A stretch of DNA of 64,000 nt from Calditrichales bacterium (GCA_965267575.1 OZ254086.1:3840001-3904000); one strand, 5' to 3'; counted from the stretch's first letter, positions 47,401 through 58,149 are shown. The notes: generated by a model from the letters alone, not told the origin. Program-made: numbers and translations.

Positions 47401-48090
47401 GCCGGAATTCAGATCGATGACACCCAGCAGGTAATACGCTTCCGCCAGCTCAGCCGGATCGCTGCTCGTATCCAGCACTTTTTGCAGCTGTTCCGCCGCA
47501 TCTACGTTCAGTCCGCGTTCCATAAAAACACGGGCCAGTTCCAGCAAAGCCTGATTGTAGGGTGTACTGCCCGGATAGCGTTCACGCAGCCCGTGCAAAA
47601 CATTTTCCGCCTTGGATAAGCTGCCGCTGAGCCGGTAATTGCGCCCCGATCTGTAGAGGGCTTCCGGCGCCAGGGCATCCTGCGGGTACAATATTTTTAC
47701 CGTCTCGAATGCTTTGGCTGCTTCGGACGGATCATTCAGCTTTTCATAGCATTCGCCTGTCTTGAACCAGCCTTCGGGACTGCGCGGGCTGCGCGGAAAC
47801 TCCAGCGCCAGCGACTGAAATTCGACGCGGGCTTTGGCGTAATCACCCAGAATAAAAAGCGACATACCCGAATAGTAGCGGGCTTCATCAGCTTTGTCGC
47901 TCTCGGGATAAGCGTTGTAATACTTAATAAACTGCTGTGCGGCCAGGTCATAAAACTTCTGGTTGTAAAGCTTCAGCGCGTAAGAAAAATCGCGCCCGGC
48001 GTCATTCACCTGGGCCGGCGCCATCGAGACAATCAGCATGACGCCTACAAATGTCAGCAGGCTATTCTTCAAGTGGAGAAAGATTTGCAT
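44479..48090 (-). CDS. Large exported TPR-repeat protein (start uncertain)
   Basis: About 1200 aa of TPR units (YP.S motifs); signal-like N-terminus ending in MAPA-Q. Confidence 0.8.
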   Translation of the reverse strand: MQIFLHLKNSLLTFVGVMLIVSMAPAQVNDAGRDFSYALKLYNQKFYDLAAQQFIKYYNAYPESDKADEARYYSGMSLFILGDYAKARVEFQSLALEFPRSPRSPEGWFKTGECYEKLNDPSEAAKAFETVKILYPQDALAPEALYRSGRNYRLSGSLSKAENVLHGLRERYPGSTPYNQALLELARVFMERGLNVDAAEQLQKVLDTSSDPAELAEAYYLLGVIDLNSGYAENAIKHFSTVLERFPASAQAEDAALALAQSYLISGQAEKVPQYTAKIPADKMSGRIQVLNGDAYFLQERYALAAGAYEKAETDNDSLALAIALKHALALRRQNLKTKGRELLNNALLQGSSAHSLNKAVSNIYFSWLERDGEYDQALAFTYQRMREAPSSEEYIVRLAEVLYKAKRWQNLVREIAPQLPVLTRHPALDNLHFYLAVANKALKEYDECAYHLRQILDQFPASIHYEEADALYANIVNYHLVDQGQTIKSVVDMLAAMNSGTGNTSFRLGRLYYDDLKDYNNARMHFEQALQKGNRPGDAHLYIGKTLLKMADAENSNEAQSQLYMNKAAEAFTKSVENISTCSEPDEASWLMVQTKINIDTISLEKQKSYIETLIKKYPQSPLREQWYENLAHTLAFDTRFIDDAEEYFKKLISEFKQSERYPSYLFGYARLKKSESPAVALEIYKQIALSHANSRFAVLALQEVIQSLREEGQYAGALQLLERMKNIYFYSEEAEQAAQEQGELTFKAGQYEETVAALAQVVRHPFRNDLVLGGAFLDDNYSNNVVYLGLAHARLGHEEEARSLLSDYLRLAPQGGLRDLVSFELAELYRKQNKKLLAQNYYEKVSKEAGSMYGQARLSAADIYFEEQQFDKAAAIYDDLARLFRGNAAEKEIRGKFIICKIKTGAIAESENYIKEYKRSFSDENDYLARFTLELGDYHRRNKNFDRAINSFNTVKRSYKRSSSVDDAEYYTALTYITLNKYEDAFEILTNFEKNYPGSDKIPWVLNTLGTLHFRTEKYDAAIATFKTALQRSKDDELSGQVMSNLIKTYTLTGFWDAAQGLAREYIEKYPRAEDRLDKKLVVAQAFINLNQFQNAVEYLKTIKLEADTEREPEIQFYIGEAYLKAGQYEEAIAEFVKIPLMSKKTKLQWEASALYYSGQAYEKLGRISDAVRMYQEIIDRPGIDLILKRDAEKRINQIKG

Positions 48091-50290
48091 AGGCTTTAAT
48101 AAGCTTCTTAACAATACCCTGATCGGTAAATTCAACGGTTATTTTCATTTTATCGCCATGACCCTCCAGATCGCGGATGAGGCCTTTGCCAAAGGTGGCG
48201 TGGTAAACCCGCTGGCCCACCTTAAATATTTCATCCTTGTCCTGGTTTTCATCGTGCCGGTCAATATAGGCGTTTATTTTGCTCTTTCTGCGCCGTGTAC
48301 GCCCTACCCGGCTGGACGGCATTGCCGCGTAAGGGCTTGTGCCGCTGCTAACGTAAAGCAATTCCGGCGGAATTTCATCCAGAAACAGAGATGGCGTATT
48401 CTTAACAATATTATTATTGCGCCTTCTTTGCAGCGCATAACTCAAATACAGTTTTTCCTCCGCGCGCGTCATGCCCACATAAAGCAGTCTGCGCTCCTCT
48501 TCCAGTTCCCGCAGGTCTGCTTCATTTCTTTGCAGCGGCAACAGGCCCATCTCCATCCCGGCAATAAACACAACCGGAAATTCAAGGCCTTTCGCGGCGT
48601 GTAAAGTCATTAATGTTACGGCATTGGAATCCGAATTCCAATTGTCAACATCGGTCATCAGGCTAACTTCTTCCAGAAATTCGGCAAGTGATGTGGAGTT
48701 GCCCGCGGCCTCGCGCTCTTCCACAAATTGCTCCAGGCTGCGGAATAATTCATTGATATTGGCAACTCGGCTTTCACTTTCATACTGATCGTATTCCGTC
48801 TTGTAATGATGAATCACACCGGATTCGCCCGCCAGCGTGGAAGCCAGCTCCGCCGCCGAAAGCTCTTTGCTCAGTTTCATATAATTGCAGATCAGGTCGT
48901 AAAATCCCAGCACGCGTTCGCCCATCGCCTTGGAAATTGATGCGATTTCATCCACCCGGCCGAGGGCATCAAACAAGACGATCTCCTCCATCTCGGCAAA
49001 TTTTTCAATCTTGCCAACGGTCGTATCGCCGATGCCGCGCAGCGGAAAATTTATAACGCGCTTTAACGCTACACTGTCCGACGGGTTTACAATTAATCGT
49101 AAATACGCCAGAATGTCCTTGATCTCCTTGCGTTCATAAAAACGCACGCCGCCTACGATATCATAGGAGATGGCATTTTTGCGCATTTCATCTTCGATGA
49201 TGCGGCTTTGAAAATTGGTACGGTAAAGAATGGCGATTTCGCGAAAATTGCGCTTATTTGTATAAACCTCATCATGGATTTTTTCGCGGATACGTTGCGC
49301 TTCCTGGAAATCATTCTGGGCTATTTGCAGCTCAATTTTTGTACCGTCCTGGCGCTTTGTCCACAGGTCCTTGCCGATCCTTTCCTGGTTATGCTTAACC
49401 ACGGAATTAGCCGCCTTGAGGATAAAATTGTTACTACGGTAATTCTCTTCTAGCTTGAACACAGATGCTTTTTTAAAGTCCTTCTGGAAATTAAGGATAT
49501 TCCCGATATCAGCACCGCGCCAACCGTAAATGGCTTGGTCTTCATCGCCAACTACACAGAGATTGCCATGTTCCTGCACCAGTTTCTTAACCAAAAGATA
49601 CTGCGCATGGTTGGTATCCTGGTATTCATCCACGAGAACGTACTTAAATTTATTGCTGTATTTTTTCAGGATTTCCGGTTTGTCATTAAACAGCTGAATG
49701 GGTTTGATCAGCAGGTCGTCAAAATCGAACGCATTGTTTTCGCGCAAAAAGCGCTGGTATGACATATAGATCGAGGGCATAAATTCATCCAGCCCCTCGC
49801 GTTTTTCTTCCTTATATAAATCATCGGGGAAAAGGAACTGGTTTTTTATCTTGGAAAGACGGTTTTGAATCATCTTTGGATTGTAGAGCTGCTGCGGAAC
49901 ACTCAACGTGCTGATCACCTTTTTTAACGCCCGCACCTGGTCTTCCACGTCGTAAATGGTAAAATTCCGATCGTAGCCCAGCTCTTCGGCTTCAATGCGT
50001 AAAATACGCGCGCAAATACTGTGAAAGGTTCCGATCCACAGCCCTCGTGGTGTGTCCGTGATCAGTTTATCAACACGCTGCTTCATCTCCCTGGCCGCTT
50101 TATTGGTAAAAGTAACGGCCAGAATATTGGAGGGGTCTACATTTTCTTTGGATATCAGATAAGCAATGCGGGTGGTAAGCATCCTGGTTTTGCCGCTGCC
50201 TGCCCCGGCAAGTATTAAAACAGGCCCTTCCGTGTGCTTTACCGCCCTGGCCTGCTCATCATTTAACCCGCTAAAGTCAAAACCCATCAA
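48062..50290 (-). CDS. pcrA: ATP-dependent DNA helicase PcrA/UvrD
   Basis: AGAGSGKT, TFTNKAA, VDEYQD, LEENYRS, TLHAAKGLEF, EERRL.YVG.TRA and a C-terminal Tudor-like domain. Confidence 0.95.
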   Translation of the reverse strand: MMGFDFSGLNDEQARAVKHTEGPVLILAGAGSGKTRMLTTRIAYLISKENVDPSNILAVTFTNKAAREMKQRVDKLITDTPRGLWIGTFHSICARILRIEAEELGYDRNFTIYDVEDQVRALKKVISTLSVPQQLYNPKMIQNRLSKIKNQFLFPDDLYKEEKREGLDEFMPSIYMSYQRFLRENNAFDFDDLLIKPIQLFNDKPEILKKYSNKFKYVLVDEYQDTNHAQYLLVKKLVQEHGNLCVVGDEDQAIYGWRGADIGNILNFQKDFKKASVFKLEENYRSNNFILKAANSVVKHNQERIGKDLWTKRQDGTKIELQIAQNDFQEAQRIREKIHDEVYTNKRNFREIAILYRTNFQSRIIEDEMRKNAISYDIVGGVRFYERKEIKDILAYLRLIVNPSDSVALKRVINFPLRGIGDTTVGKIEKFAEMEEIVLFDALGRVDEIASISKAMGERVLGFYDLICNYMKLSKELSAAELASTLAGESGVIHHYKTEYDQYESESRVANINELFRSLEQFVEEREAAGNSTSLAEFLEEVSLMTDVDNWNSDSNAVTLMTLHAAKGLEFPVVFIAGMEMGLLPLQRNEADLRELEEERRLLYVGMTRAEEKLYLSYALQRRRNNNIVKNTPSLFLDEIPPELLYVSSGTSPYAAMPSSRVGRTRRRKSKINAYIDRHDENQDKDEIFKVGQRVYHATFGKGLIRDLEGHGDKMKITVEFTDQGIVKKLIKAYANLSPLEE

Positions 50291-50298
50291 AATTCCTT

Positions 50299-51360
50299 TT
50301 AATTATTAGGATTGTTTTTGCGCCTCAGCTCGCGCCTTACTTTATCAAAAGCGGCTTTGGCTTTCAAATGTTCTTTGAATGTCCGTGAAAATTCATGGCT
50401 GCCATCGCCAACAGCCACCATGTACAGATAAGATGTTTGCGCCGGGAAAAGCACGGCCCGTATGGACGCCTCGCCGGGATTGTTGATGGGACCCGGTGGC
50501 AGGCCGGCGTATTTATAGGTGTTGTACGGGGAGTCTATTTCAAGGTCCCGGTTAAGCAGGCGTCGCGGCGGACCGGATATGATATACTGAATCGTCGGGT
50601 CTGCCTGCAGGCGCATGCCCTTGCGCAACCGGTTTAGGTAAACCGAGGCTATTACCGGGCGCTCTTCATCCACGATGGCTTCACCTTCCACGATCGAGGC
50701 CAGCGTAAGAATCTCGTCGCGGCTGAAACCCGATTTTTTCATGGCCTGTTTAATTTCATCTTCATCAAAAATGGCCAGCGTCTGTTCAACCATATAGCCA
50801 ATAACCGACCGGGCATCGGTGGCGCGCGAAAAAAAATAGGTGTTCGGCAACAGGTATCCTTCAAGAGTCGGCACATCCAGCCCAAATTCAGCAATAAAAG
50901 CCTCATCCGCACACAGACTGTCAAATTGCCCGCTGCTTATACCAAGCTGTGCCGCGGCTCGCTCGGCCATGCGCCGATATGTCCAGCCTTCCGGAAAGGT
51001 TACAGCCTGGGTTGTCTCCCTGGCTTCGGAAAGATAGTTAACAAGCTGATAATAATTCAGCCCGCGGGGAATGGTATAATGGCCGGCACGCAGACGCGTT
51101 TCATAGCCCAGGGTTTTGGCCCAGAAAACAAAAATGTCCCTGTCCTCAATAAGTTTTTTATTGTAAAGCGAATCCGCGATCTGATCGAGATAGGCCCCAC
51201 GGGGAATATGCAGATCGATTCCTTCCCGATCGGATTCCGATCTGAACATCGGTCTGGCAAAATAATCAAGCACGTCAATCAGCAAAATCGGTGTAATGAA
51301 AATTATAATTAAAACCGCTTTTTGCTTGCCGCTCAGGCGATCCAGTAATTTAATACTCAT
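50299..51360 (-). CDS. mltG: Endolytic transglycosylase MltG
   Basis: LEGYLLPNTY, LASIVEGE, NRL..GMRLQADPT and SPYNTY..GLPPGPI.NPG. Confidence 0.95.
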   Translation of the reverse strand: MSIKLLDRLSGKQKAVLIIIFITPILLIDVLDYFARPMFRSESDREGIDLHIPRGAYLDQIADSLYNKKLIEDRDIFVFWAKTLGYETRLRAGHYTIPRGLNYYQLVNYLSEARETTQAVTFPEGWTYRRMAERAAAQLGISSGQFDSLCADEAFIAEFGLDVPTLEGYLLPNTYFFSRATDARSVIGYMVEQTLAIFDEDEIKQAMKKSGFSRDEILTLASIVEGEAIVDEERPVIASVYLNRLRKGMRLQADPTIQYIISGPPRRLLNRDLEIDSPYNTYKYAGLPPGPINNPGEASIRAVLFPAQTSYLYMVAVGDGSHEFSRTFKEHLKAKAAFDKVRRELRRKNNPNN

Positions 51361-51647
51361 TCTTTTTTGGCTGACTCTTCCTTCTCCAATCCCCTGGACT
51401 CCGCAATAATCGCCTTGAACAGGCGAATAAGACGTTCATCTTCCAGCGGACCGTTATTCTTTGACACGATATGGCTAATGACCTGCTCTTCCCGTTGCGC
51501 ATCAAAAACAGCCAGATTGATCTTCCTTTTAATATGCCCGATATCGATTGCCAGACGGGCCCTTTCGTTTAAAAGCGGCAGCAACTGGTCGTCAATCTTG
51601 TCGATTTCCTTTCGCAGCCTTTCGATTCGGCGTTTTGCATCTTCCAT
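51357..51647 (-). CDS. Chorismate mutase (AroQ type)
   Basis: LRKEIDKIDDQLL.LLNER...IG.IK and D..RE motifs. Confidence 0.9.
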   Translation of the reverse strand: MEDAKRRIERLRKEIDKIDDQLLPLLNERARLAIDIGHIKRKINLAVFDAQREEQVISHIVSKNNGPLEDERLIRLFKAIIAESRGLEKEESAKKE

Positions 51648-51654
51648 AATGTTT

Positions 51655-52446
51655 TCAGCGTTTGAATACGTTTTTGACAAACTCCAGGCCATGCCTGATA
51701 GCATCATCACGATTGGCTCCCTTTTCCAGCGATTTAATAAACGCCGAGCCAACAATAAAACCGTCACAATGGTCCCACAGGGCGTCTACATGTGCGGCGC
51801 TGCTGATGCCAAAACCGACGGCAATGGGCAAGCTGCTGATGGAGCGGATTTCTTCTAAAAACTGTTCGGTCTCATGGCCGATAAATGATGAATCACGGGC
51901 GCCCGTAACGCCTGTCAGAGAGACGCAATATATAAAACCGCGGCTACCCGATGCAATCACTCTAAGGCGTTGTTTTGTAGAGGTTGGAGCGGCCAGCAAA
52001 ACAAGATCCGGACCGTCGGAGAAAGCTTCCCGGAAGCCCTCAAGCTCATCCACGGGCAGGTCCGGAATAATAACTCCGGAAACGCCGGCAGCCCGCGCCT
52101 CGCCAACAAAGCGATCCAGCCCGAAAGAGATAAGCGGATTGATATAGGACATCAGGACAAGCGGAATTTTGCAGCCCCTGGCGCGAATGGCTTTTACCAG
52201 TTCCAGAATACGCACAAGATTGATCTTTTTCTGCAATGCGTGGAACGACGCTTTTTGAATGGTTGGCCCGTCAGCCAGCGGATCGCTGAACGGCACGCCC
52301 AGCTCTACAACGTGAACATTATTTTCAGCCAGCGCGCACACCAACGGCACGGTCATGTCGTCATAAGGATATTCCGGTGTAAGGTAGATGATATTGGTTT
52401 TGCCGCCCTGCTCTTTTCGCGCCTCAAAAACGTCACTTAGTTTCAC
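51655..52446 (-). CDS. trpA: Tryptophan synthase alpha chain
   Basis: [27 protein letters not shown] and VGFGIS. Confidence 0.96.
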   Translation of the reverse strand: MKLSDVFEARKEQGGKTNIIYLTPEYPYDDMTVPLVCALAENNVHVVELGVPFSDPLADGPTIQKASFHALQKKINLVRILELVKAIRARGCKIPLVLMSYINPLISFGLDRFVGEARAAGVSGVIIPDLPVDELEGFREAFSDGPDLVLLAAPTSTKQRLRVIASGSRGFIYCVSLTGVTGARDSSFIGHETEQFLEEIRSISSLPIAVGFGISSAAHVDALWDHCDGFIVGSAFIKSLEKGANRDDAIRHGLEFVKNVFKR

Positions 52447-53647
52447 GTTTACTCTCCGTGTATTTACGTACCGATTCCAGATCCTTGTCGCCGCGCCCGC
52501 TAAGATTGATCACAACACGCTCGCTGCTGCTGAAGCAGCTGCTGTTTTTAGCCAGCCAGGCTATGGCATGGGCCGTCTCCAGCGCCGGGATAATGCCTTC
52601 CGTCTCGCTCAGCAGGGCCACGCCATCCACGGCTTCATCATCGTCAACGGCCTGGTAATCCACTCTTTTCAGGGCGCTGAGCAAGCTGTGCTCCGGTCCC
52701 ACACCCGGATAATCCAGCCCCGCGGAAACCGAATGCGTCGGTTCGATTTGGCCGTCTTCCGTCTGCAGCAGTATCATTTTGGAACCATGCAGCACGCCAA
52801 TGCGCCCTCGTGAAATGGAGGCGGCGTGACGGTTGGTAAATATACCTTCGCCCGCAGCTTCCACACCGATAAGCTCAACATTCTCATCCTCAATAAAGGG
52901 GTAAAAAATGCCAATGGCATTGCTGCCGCCACCCACACAGGCGATGATCGCGTCCGGCAAAGCATCAAAACGCTCGCTAAACTGCGTTCTCAGTTCATCA
53001 CCGATAACGCGCTGAAAATCGCGCACCATCATCGGGTAGGGATGCGGCCCGACCACGCTGCCGATGATGTAGTGCGTATTGCGCACATTGGTCACCCAGT
53101 CGCGAATGGCTTCATTGGTGGCGTCTTTAAGGGTCTGGGTCCCGGAGGTTACCGCGCGCACTTCCGCCCCCAGCAGTTCCATGCGAAATACATTCGGTTT
53201 CTGACGCTCAATGTCTTCCGCGCCCATATAAACGACGCATTCCATACCAAAGCGCGCGCACACCGTTGCCGTAGCCACACCGTGCTGGCCGGCGCCTGTT
53301 TCCGCGATAATACGGCTTTTACCCATTTTGCGGGCCAAAAGAATCTGACCCAAAGCGTTATTAATTTTATGAGCGCCGGTATGATTTAAATCTTCCCTTT
53401 TCAAGAATATCTGCGCCCCGCCCAGTTTTTCACTGAGCCTTTGCGCATGATAAAGAGGCGTAGGCCGGCCTACAAAATCTTTAAGCATTGCTTTAAATTC
53501 CCGCTGGAATGCTTCGTCTCCGGCTATTTTGCCGTAGGCCTGTTCCAGCTCTTCTAACGCCGGCATAAGTGTTTCCGGGACAAACTTGCCGCCAAATTCA
53601 CCATAATAGCCGCGCTTGTCCGGGTAATTTTTAAAGTATGGCTTCAT
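52433..53647 (-). CDS. trpB: Tryptophan synthase beta chain
   Basis: [28 protein letters not shown] and [11 protein letters not shown]. Confidence 0.98.
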   Translation of the reverse strand: MKPYFKNYPDKRGYYGEFGGKFVPETLMPALEELEQAYGKIAGDEAFQREFKAMLKDFVGRPTPLYHAQRLSEKLGGAQIFLKREDLNHTGAHKINNALGQILLARKMGKSRIIAETGAGQHGVATATVCARFGMECVVYMGAEDIERQKPNVFRMELLGAEVRAVTSGTQTLKDATNEAIRDWVTNVRNTHYIIGSVVGPHPYPMMVRDFQRVIGDELRTQFSERFDALPDAIIACVGGGSNAIGIFYPFIEDENVELIGVEAAGEGIFTNRHAASISRGRIGVLHGSKMILLQTEDGQIEPTHSVSAGLDYPGVGPEHSLLSALKRVDYQAVDDDEAVDGVALLSETEGIIPALETAHAIAWLAKNSSCFSSSERVVINLSGRGDKDLESVRKYTESKRETK

Positions 53648-54270
53648 TATTTCCTGTTCCTGAAAGCAGATTTAACTTCAGATATAAATTTTATAATTTT
53701 TTCGTGGTCTTTAATGCCGGGCTCTTTCTCCACACCGCTGCTTACATCTACAGCCACCGGGTTTGTGGCGGCAACAGCCTGCGCCACGTTTTGCGCATTG
53801 AGGCCGCCTGCCAGGATAAAGGGCCTTTTTCCAAGCCGCCCGGGTATTTCTTCCCAGGGCAAAGCGATGCCCGTGCCACCGGGATTATCCCTGTTACCGC
53901 TGTCAACCATCAGCGGCGTATCCTGCCACGCTTCAAGCTGTGCTTCAAGTTGGTCGTTCCAGTGTACAGCGCGGACAACGGGCCTGTTAATATGCATACG
54001 CATTTCAGGACGCTCTTGTCCGTGCAACTGCACATGAGTTAACCCGACATTTAATATGGTTTTATTGATTTCTTCCACGGTAGCGTTTACAAAAACTCCC
54101 ACACGCGCCGTAAAGGGTTTAAGCGCCGCGCTGATGGCACCTGCCTTTCGCGGCTCGACGCAACGTTTGCTCCTAGCAAAAAAGACAAAACCAACAGCAT
54201 CGGCGCCGGCATTTTCTGCTGCCAGAGCGTCCTCTAACCGTGTTATCCCGCAGATTTTAATCTGGATCAT
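53647..54270 (-). CDS. trpF: Phosphoribosylanthranilate isomerase
   Basis: KICGIT, VQLHG, GGTG, LAGGL and DVSSGVE. Confidence 0.95.
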   Translation of the reverse strand: MIQIKICGITRLEDALAAENAGADAVGFVFFARSKRCVEPRKAGAISAALKPFTARVGVFVNATVEEINKTILNVGLTHVQLHGQERPEMRMHINRPVVRAVHWNDQLEAQLEAWQDTPLMVDSGNRDNPGGTGIALPWEEIPGRLGKRPFILAGGLNAQNVAQAVAATNPVAVDVSSGVEKEPGIKDHEKIIKFISEVKSAFRNRK

Positions 54271-55027
54271 CTGAAAAAAGCCTTTTGTGGGTCCGGGCGA
54301 TATCATCACTGCGCATCAGCGTCTCACCTATCAAAACCGCGTTGAAGCCGGCTTGTTCAACCTTCACGATGTCTTCACGCTTTGACATGCCGCTTTCTGC
54401 CACTTTAACGATATCGGCGGGCATTTCTCTGATCAATTGAAGCGCCGTATTCATATCCACTTCAAACGTATTCAGGTCGCGGTTATTCACGCCAATTATT
54501 TCGGTGTTGTAATCCAGAGCCCGTTCCAGTTCCTTGTGGTTGTGTACTTCAACAAGGCACTCCAGATTGCGTTCGGCGGCGGCAGCCATAAGCTCGGCCA
54601 TCTGTCCGCGCTCCAGCATGGCCACAATCAGCAAAATGAAATCCGCGCCATAACACCAGGCCTCATGAACCTGCAGGGGATCAATAATAAAATCTTTTCT
54701 TAAAACAGGCAGCGATGTTTCCCGTTTTACCTTCCTCAGAAAATCAATGTGACCCTGAAAATATTTTTGATCAGTCAAAACGGAAATGGCCTGCGCAGGC
54801 AGCGAGCTGTAAAGATGCGCCAGGTGAACGGGGTTAAAGTCTTCCCGGATCAATCCTTTCGATGGCGACGCTTTTTTTATCTCGGCGATCAGCCCGATAC
54901 CTTCGTGCGCCTCAATCGCCCTGCGGAAAGAAAGTAGCGGGAAGTCGCGTTCCGAAGAGAGCCGCTTTTTTATAGCGCCAAGCTCTCTTTTTTTTTCCTG
55001 ATAGATTTCCTTAAGCAAACTATGCAT
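54257..55027 (-). CDS. trpC: Indole-3-glycerol phosphate synthase
   Basis: IAEIKKASPSKG, LRKDF, LVEVH, GVNNRDL and AESG. Confidence 0.96.
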   Translation of the reverse strand: MHSLLKEIYQEKKRELGAIKKRLSSERDFPLLSFRRAIEAHEGIGLIAEIKKASPSKGLIREDFNPVHLAHLYSSLPAQAISVLTDQKYFQGHIDFLRKVKRETSLPVLRKDFIIDPLQVHEAWCYGADFILLIVAMLERGQMAELMAAAAERNLECLVEVHNHKELERALDYNTEIIGVNNRDLNTFEVDMNTALQLIREMPADIVKVAESGMSKREDIVKVEQAGFNAVLIGETLMRSDDIARTHKRLFSDDPD

Positions 55028-56030
55028 TTGTTGCCTGTACAAGTTTGTCGAGCCGTTCGCGCGCGGCGCCGCTCATGATCGATTCACGGGCCTTGTCCAC
55101 CCCCTCTTTAAACGAAGCTACAATTCCTGAAACGTAGATGGAGGCTGCTGCATTAAGAATGGCGACATCGGCAGGCGCACCGGCCTGGCCGTCCAGAATA
55201 TCGGAAATAATTTTCTTGTTTTTATCGCAGCTGTCCGATTGAATTTTGTCAATGGTATGCGCGGGCAAACCGTAATCAGCCGGGCTAATCGTATATTCGC
55301 TTACTTTACCCTCTTTCAGTTCACACACAAACGTCTTACCGCTAATAGAGATTTCGTCAAGGCCGTTCTCGCCGTGAACCACCATAACATGCTCCGAGCC
55401 CAATTCACGCATCACCTCGGCCATGGTGCGGCACAGGTTTTTGTCATACACGCCTATCACCTGTCGTTTTACCCGCGCCGGATTGGTCAGCGGGCCCAGC
55501 ACGTTAAAGATCGTCCTCACACCCATTTCCCGTCGCGGCCCAATGGCATATTTCATGGCCTTGTGATAGAGCGGCGCAAAAAGGAAGGCCAGCCCCACCT
55601 TGTTAAAAACCTCGATAAATTTATCAATGGAAAGATCGATATTGACCCCGAAGCTTTTCAGAATATCCGCGCTGCCGCAGTGGCTGGATACAGAACGGTT
55701 CCCGTGCTTGGCAATACGCACTCCGGAGCCCGCTGCCACAAAGGCTGCCGTAGTTGAAATATTAAACGTATGCAGATTATCGCCACCGGTGCCGCAGGTA
55801 TCCACAACATGTGTTGTATCAATCTTAAAACGCTCCGCTTTACCGGCCATAGCTTCCGCCGCTCCGCTGATCTCCTCCACCGTTTCACCCTTAATACGCA
55901 AGGCGGTCAGTATTGCCGCTATCTGCGCGTCACTGGCGTTTCCTTCCATGATATTATCAATAACCTGGCGCGATTCCGCCCGGTTCAGGTTCTCACCGGC
56001 AATAAGCCTGGCTATCACCTGCTGCATCAT
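55020..56030 (-). CDS. trpD: Anthranilate phosphoribosyltransferase
   Basis: DTCGTGGD, KHGNRSVSS..GSAD, RTIFN.LGPL.NP and GLDE. Confidence 0.96.
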   Translation of the reverse strand: MMQQVIARLIAGENLNRAESRQVIDNIMEGNASDAQIAAILTALRIKGETVEEISGAAEAMAGKAERFKIDTTHVVDTCGTGGDNLHTFNISTTAAFVAAGSGVRIAKHGNRSVSSHCGSADILKSFGVNIDLSIDKFIEVFNKVGLAFLFAPLYHKAMKYAIGPRREMGVRTIFNVLGPLTNPARVKRQVIGVYDKNLCRTMAEVMRELGSEHVMVVHGENGLDEISISGKTFVCELKEGKVSEYTISPADYGLPAHTIDKIQSDSCDKNKKIISDILDGQAGAPADVAILNAAASIYVSGIVASFKEGVDKARESIMSGAARERLDKLVQATNA

Positions 56031-56042
56031 AAGCTGTTCCTT

Positions 56043-56870
56043 TTATTGCTTTTCAAGATTGTTATAGGCCTCTATGATGGGATCAAACCCGGGATGTGCG
56101 GCTTTTTCCAGGTACATGGGCAAAAAACGAGCAGATACTTCATACTGCCCCGCTTTTTCGCTTACCCGGATGTGCGCCAGTATCTCTCCGTCGGCGCCAC
56201 CGCTCACTACAAAAGGGCTGCCTTCCATCTCCTTATACGGGCGTTGTGTATGGGCCGTCAGCAATAGATCAATCCCCGGATGTTTTTTAATAAACGCCTC
56301 TATGCCGTTATCAGGCCCGTGATAAAGAACCACGTCCAGCGTTGAATCGCTTGTTACTATACTTTGCGCGGGGAGCGGCTCATTCTCCATCGCCAATGAC
56401 GGCTCCAGCCACGCGGAGATCAGCATGCCGTAGCGGCTTAAAACCGTATCCCCGGCTGTGCCAAAAAAGCGATCTTTGTGTTTGTTGAAAAGCGCTTTTT
56501 CCCTGCGCTCCTGGTCACCGGCAAAACGCAAATCCGGTTTCACGATATCCTGGGCTTGCAGCACCAGACGGTTTAGCGCGGCGTAAGGGTAAGGACCAAA
56601 GCTGTCGCCTCCGTCGATAACGATCAGCCCGGGATGGGCCTCGCGCAAACTGTCAACGGTTGCCGCGATCCTGTCCAGCCCGCCAAGAGGCGGATCACCG
56701 CACAGACAGTTTTCCAGGTTAGCGTTGAGATTTGCCCAATAGGCAATGTGCCATGTTCTGGCCGTATGTGTCGTGGAAGATAACCGATCCTGCGTACTTT
56801 CTTTTTGTTCAGCGCCACAGGAGAGCAGGATCAAAATCTGCAGGGCGATGACGGAAAACAGGCGCATCAT
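56043..56870 (-). CDS. Lipoprotein with degenerate 5'-nucleotidase (UshA-like) metallophosphoesterase domain
   Basis: Lipobox LLSC, LENCLC...LGGL.R, IDGGD and DLLLTAH; ATGA overlap with the purA stop. Confidence 0.65.
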   Translation of the reverse strand: MMRLFSVIALQILILLSCGAEQKESTQDRLSSTTHTARTWHIAYWANLNANLENCLCGDPPLGGLDRIAATVDSLREAHPGLIVIDGGDSFGPYPYAALNRLVLQAQDIVKPDLRFAGDQERREKALFNKHKDRFFGTAGDTVLSRYGMLISAWLEPSLAMENEPLPAQSIVTSDSTLDVVLYHGPDNGIEAFIKKHPGIDLLLTAHTQRPYKEMEGSPFVVSGGADGEILAHIRVSEKAGQYEVSARFLPMYLEKAAHPGFDPIIEAYNNLEKQ

Positions 56871-58138
56871 ACATGAATGATCTGGTCGCGCCTTTGGCCA
56901 ACGGAAATATATTTCACCGGCCGGTCGAGATAATCTTCGATAAAGGCAATGTAGTCGCGTGCAGCCTGCGGTAAATCCGCCCGTGAGCAGCATCCGGCAA
57001 TATCCTCTTCCCAGCCCGGGAACTCCCTGTAATTAGGTCTGGCCGTTTTGAGGGCGTGCTGATCTGCCGGAAACTCGGTTATCTCGCGCCCGTCCACAGT
57101 ATAAGAGATGCATACCCTGATTGTTTTAAAGCCCTGCAGCACATCGATTTTAGTCAGCGCGATATTGGTTAACCCGTTAATCTCCCCGGAGTATTTTGCT
57201 GCAACCAGGTCAAGCCATCCGCAGCGCCGCGGCCTGCCGGTTGTGGCGCCGAATTCATGCCCCTTTTTTGCCAGGGTCTTGCCGTCTTCATCATTAAGTT
57301 CCGTGGGGAAAGGGCCATTGCCAACGCGCGTCAAATAAGCTTTCATCACGCCCGTAATCTGAGCGCCCACGGGGGCCAGCGCCGATCCGGTAAAAGCTCC
57401 ACCGGAAACAGTATGCGAAGAGGTCACATATGGATAGGAGCCAAAGTCGATATCCAGCAGGGCCCCTTGCGCTCCCTCAAGTAATATCGGTCGCTCCGAG
57501 CGCCGGAAATCATTAACCAGCGTATAGGTCTCTTTTATGTAGGGACGTAATTTGTCCGCGTGCTCAGCGGCAAAGGCTTTCATTTCATCAAGGTCAATTG
57601 TGTTACAATGGTAGTATTCACGCAGCATAAAATTTTTCTGGCGCAGATTGTCTTCCAGCTTGGATATGTAAGCGTTTTCATCCAGCAAATCGATGGCGCG
57701 TATGCCGGTGCGGTTGTATTTGTCTGCGTAGGCAGGCCCGATGCCGCGACCGGTTGTTCCGATTTGTTTTTTGCCTTTTTTGCTTTCGGCCATGGCATCC
57801 AGAACTTTGTGGTAGGGAAAGATGATATGGGCCCGCGGCGAAATGAACAGTCTGCGCGCGTAATCAATCCCGGCTTTTGAAAGAACGGCCAGCTCATCAC
57901 AAAAGGCAACGGGGTCCAGAACAACGCCATCACCTACAATGCAGATAACACCGTCGCGCAGGATGCCGGACGGGATAAGATGTAACACATATTTTTTTTC
58001 GCCTACATAAACCGTGTGCCCTGCGTTGGCGCCGCCCTGGTAACGGATTACCATGTCCATATCGGCGCTCAGCACATCAATTATTTTTCCCTTCCCTTCA
58101 TCGCCCCACTGGGCGCCCACAACAATTATTACGGCCAT
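56867..58138 (-). CDS. purA: Adenylosuccinate synthetase
   Basis: GAQWGDEGKGK, GGANAGHT, EGAQG and GATTGRPRRCGW. Confidence 0.98.
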   Translation of the reverse strand: MAVIIVVGAQWGDEGKGKIIDVLSADMDMVIRYQGGANAGHTVYVGEKKYVLHLIPSGILRDGVICIVGDGVVLDPVAFCDELAVLSKAGIDYARRLFISPRAHIIFPYHKVLDAMAESKKGKKQIGTTGRGIGPAYADKYNRTGIRAIDLLDENAYISKLEDNLRQKNFMLREYYHCNTIDLDEMKAFAAEHADKLRPYIKETYTLVNDFRRSERPILLEGAQGALLDIDFGSYPYVTSSHTVSGGAFTGSALAPVGAQITGVMKAYLTRVGNGPFPTELNDEDGKTLAKKGHEFGATTGRPRRCGWLDLVAAKYSGEINGLTNIALTKIDVLQGFKTIRVCISYTVDGREITEFPADQHALKTARPNYREFPGWEEDIAGCCSRADLPQAARDYIAFIEDYLDRPVKYISVGQRRDQIIHV

Positions 58139-58149
58139 CCTAAAACCTC

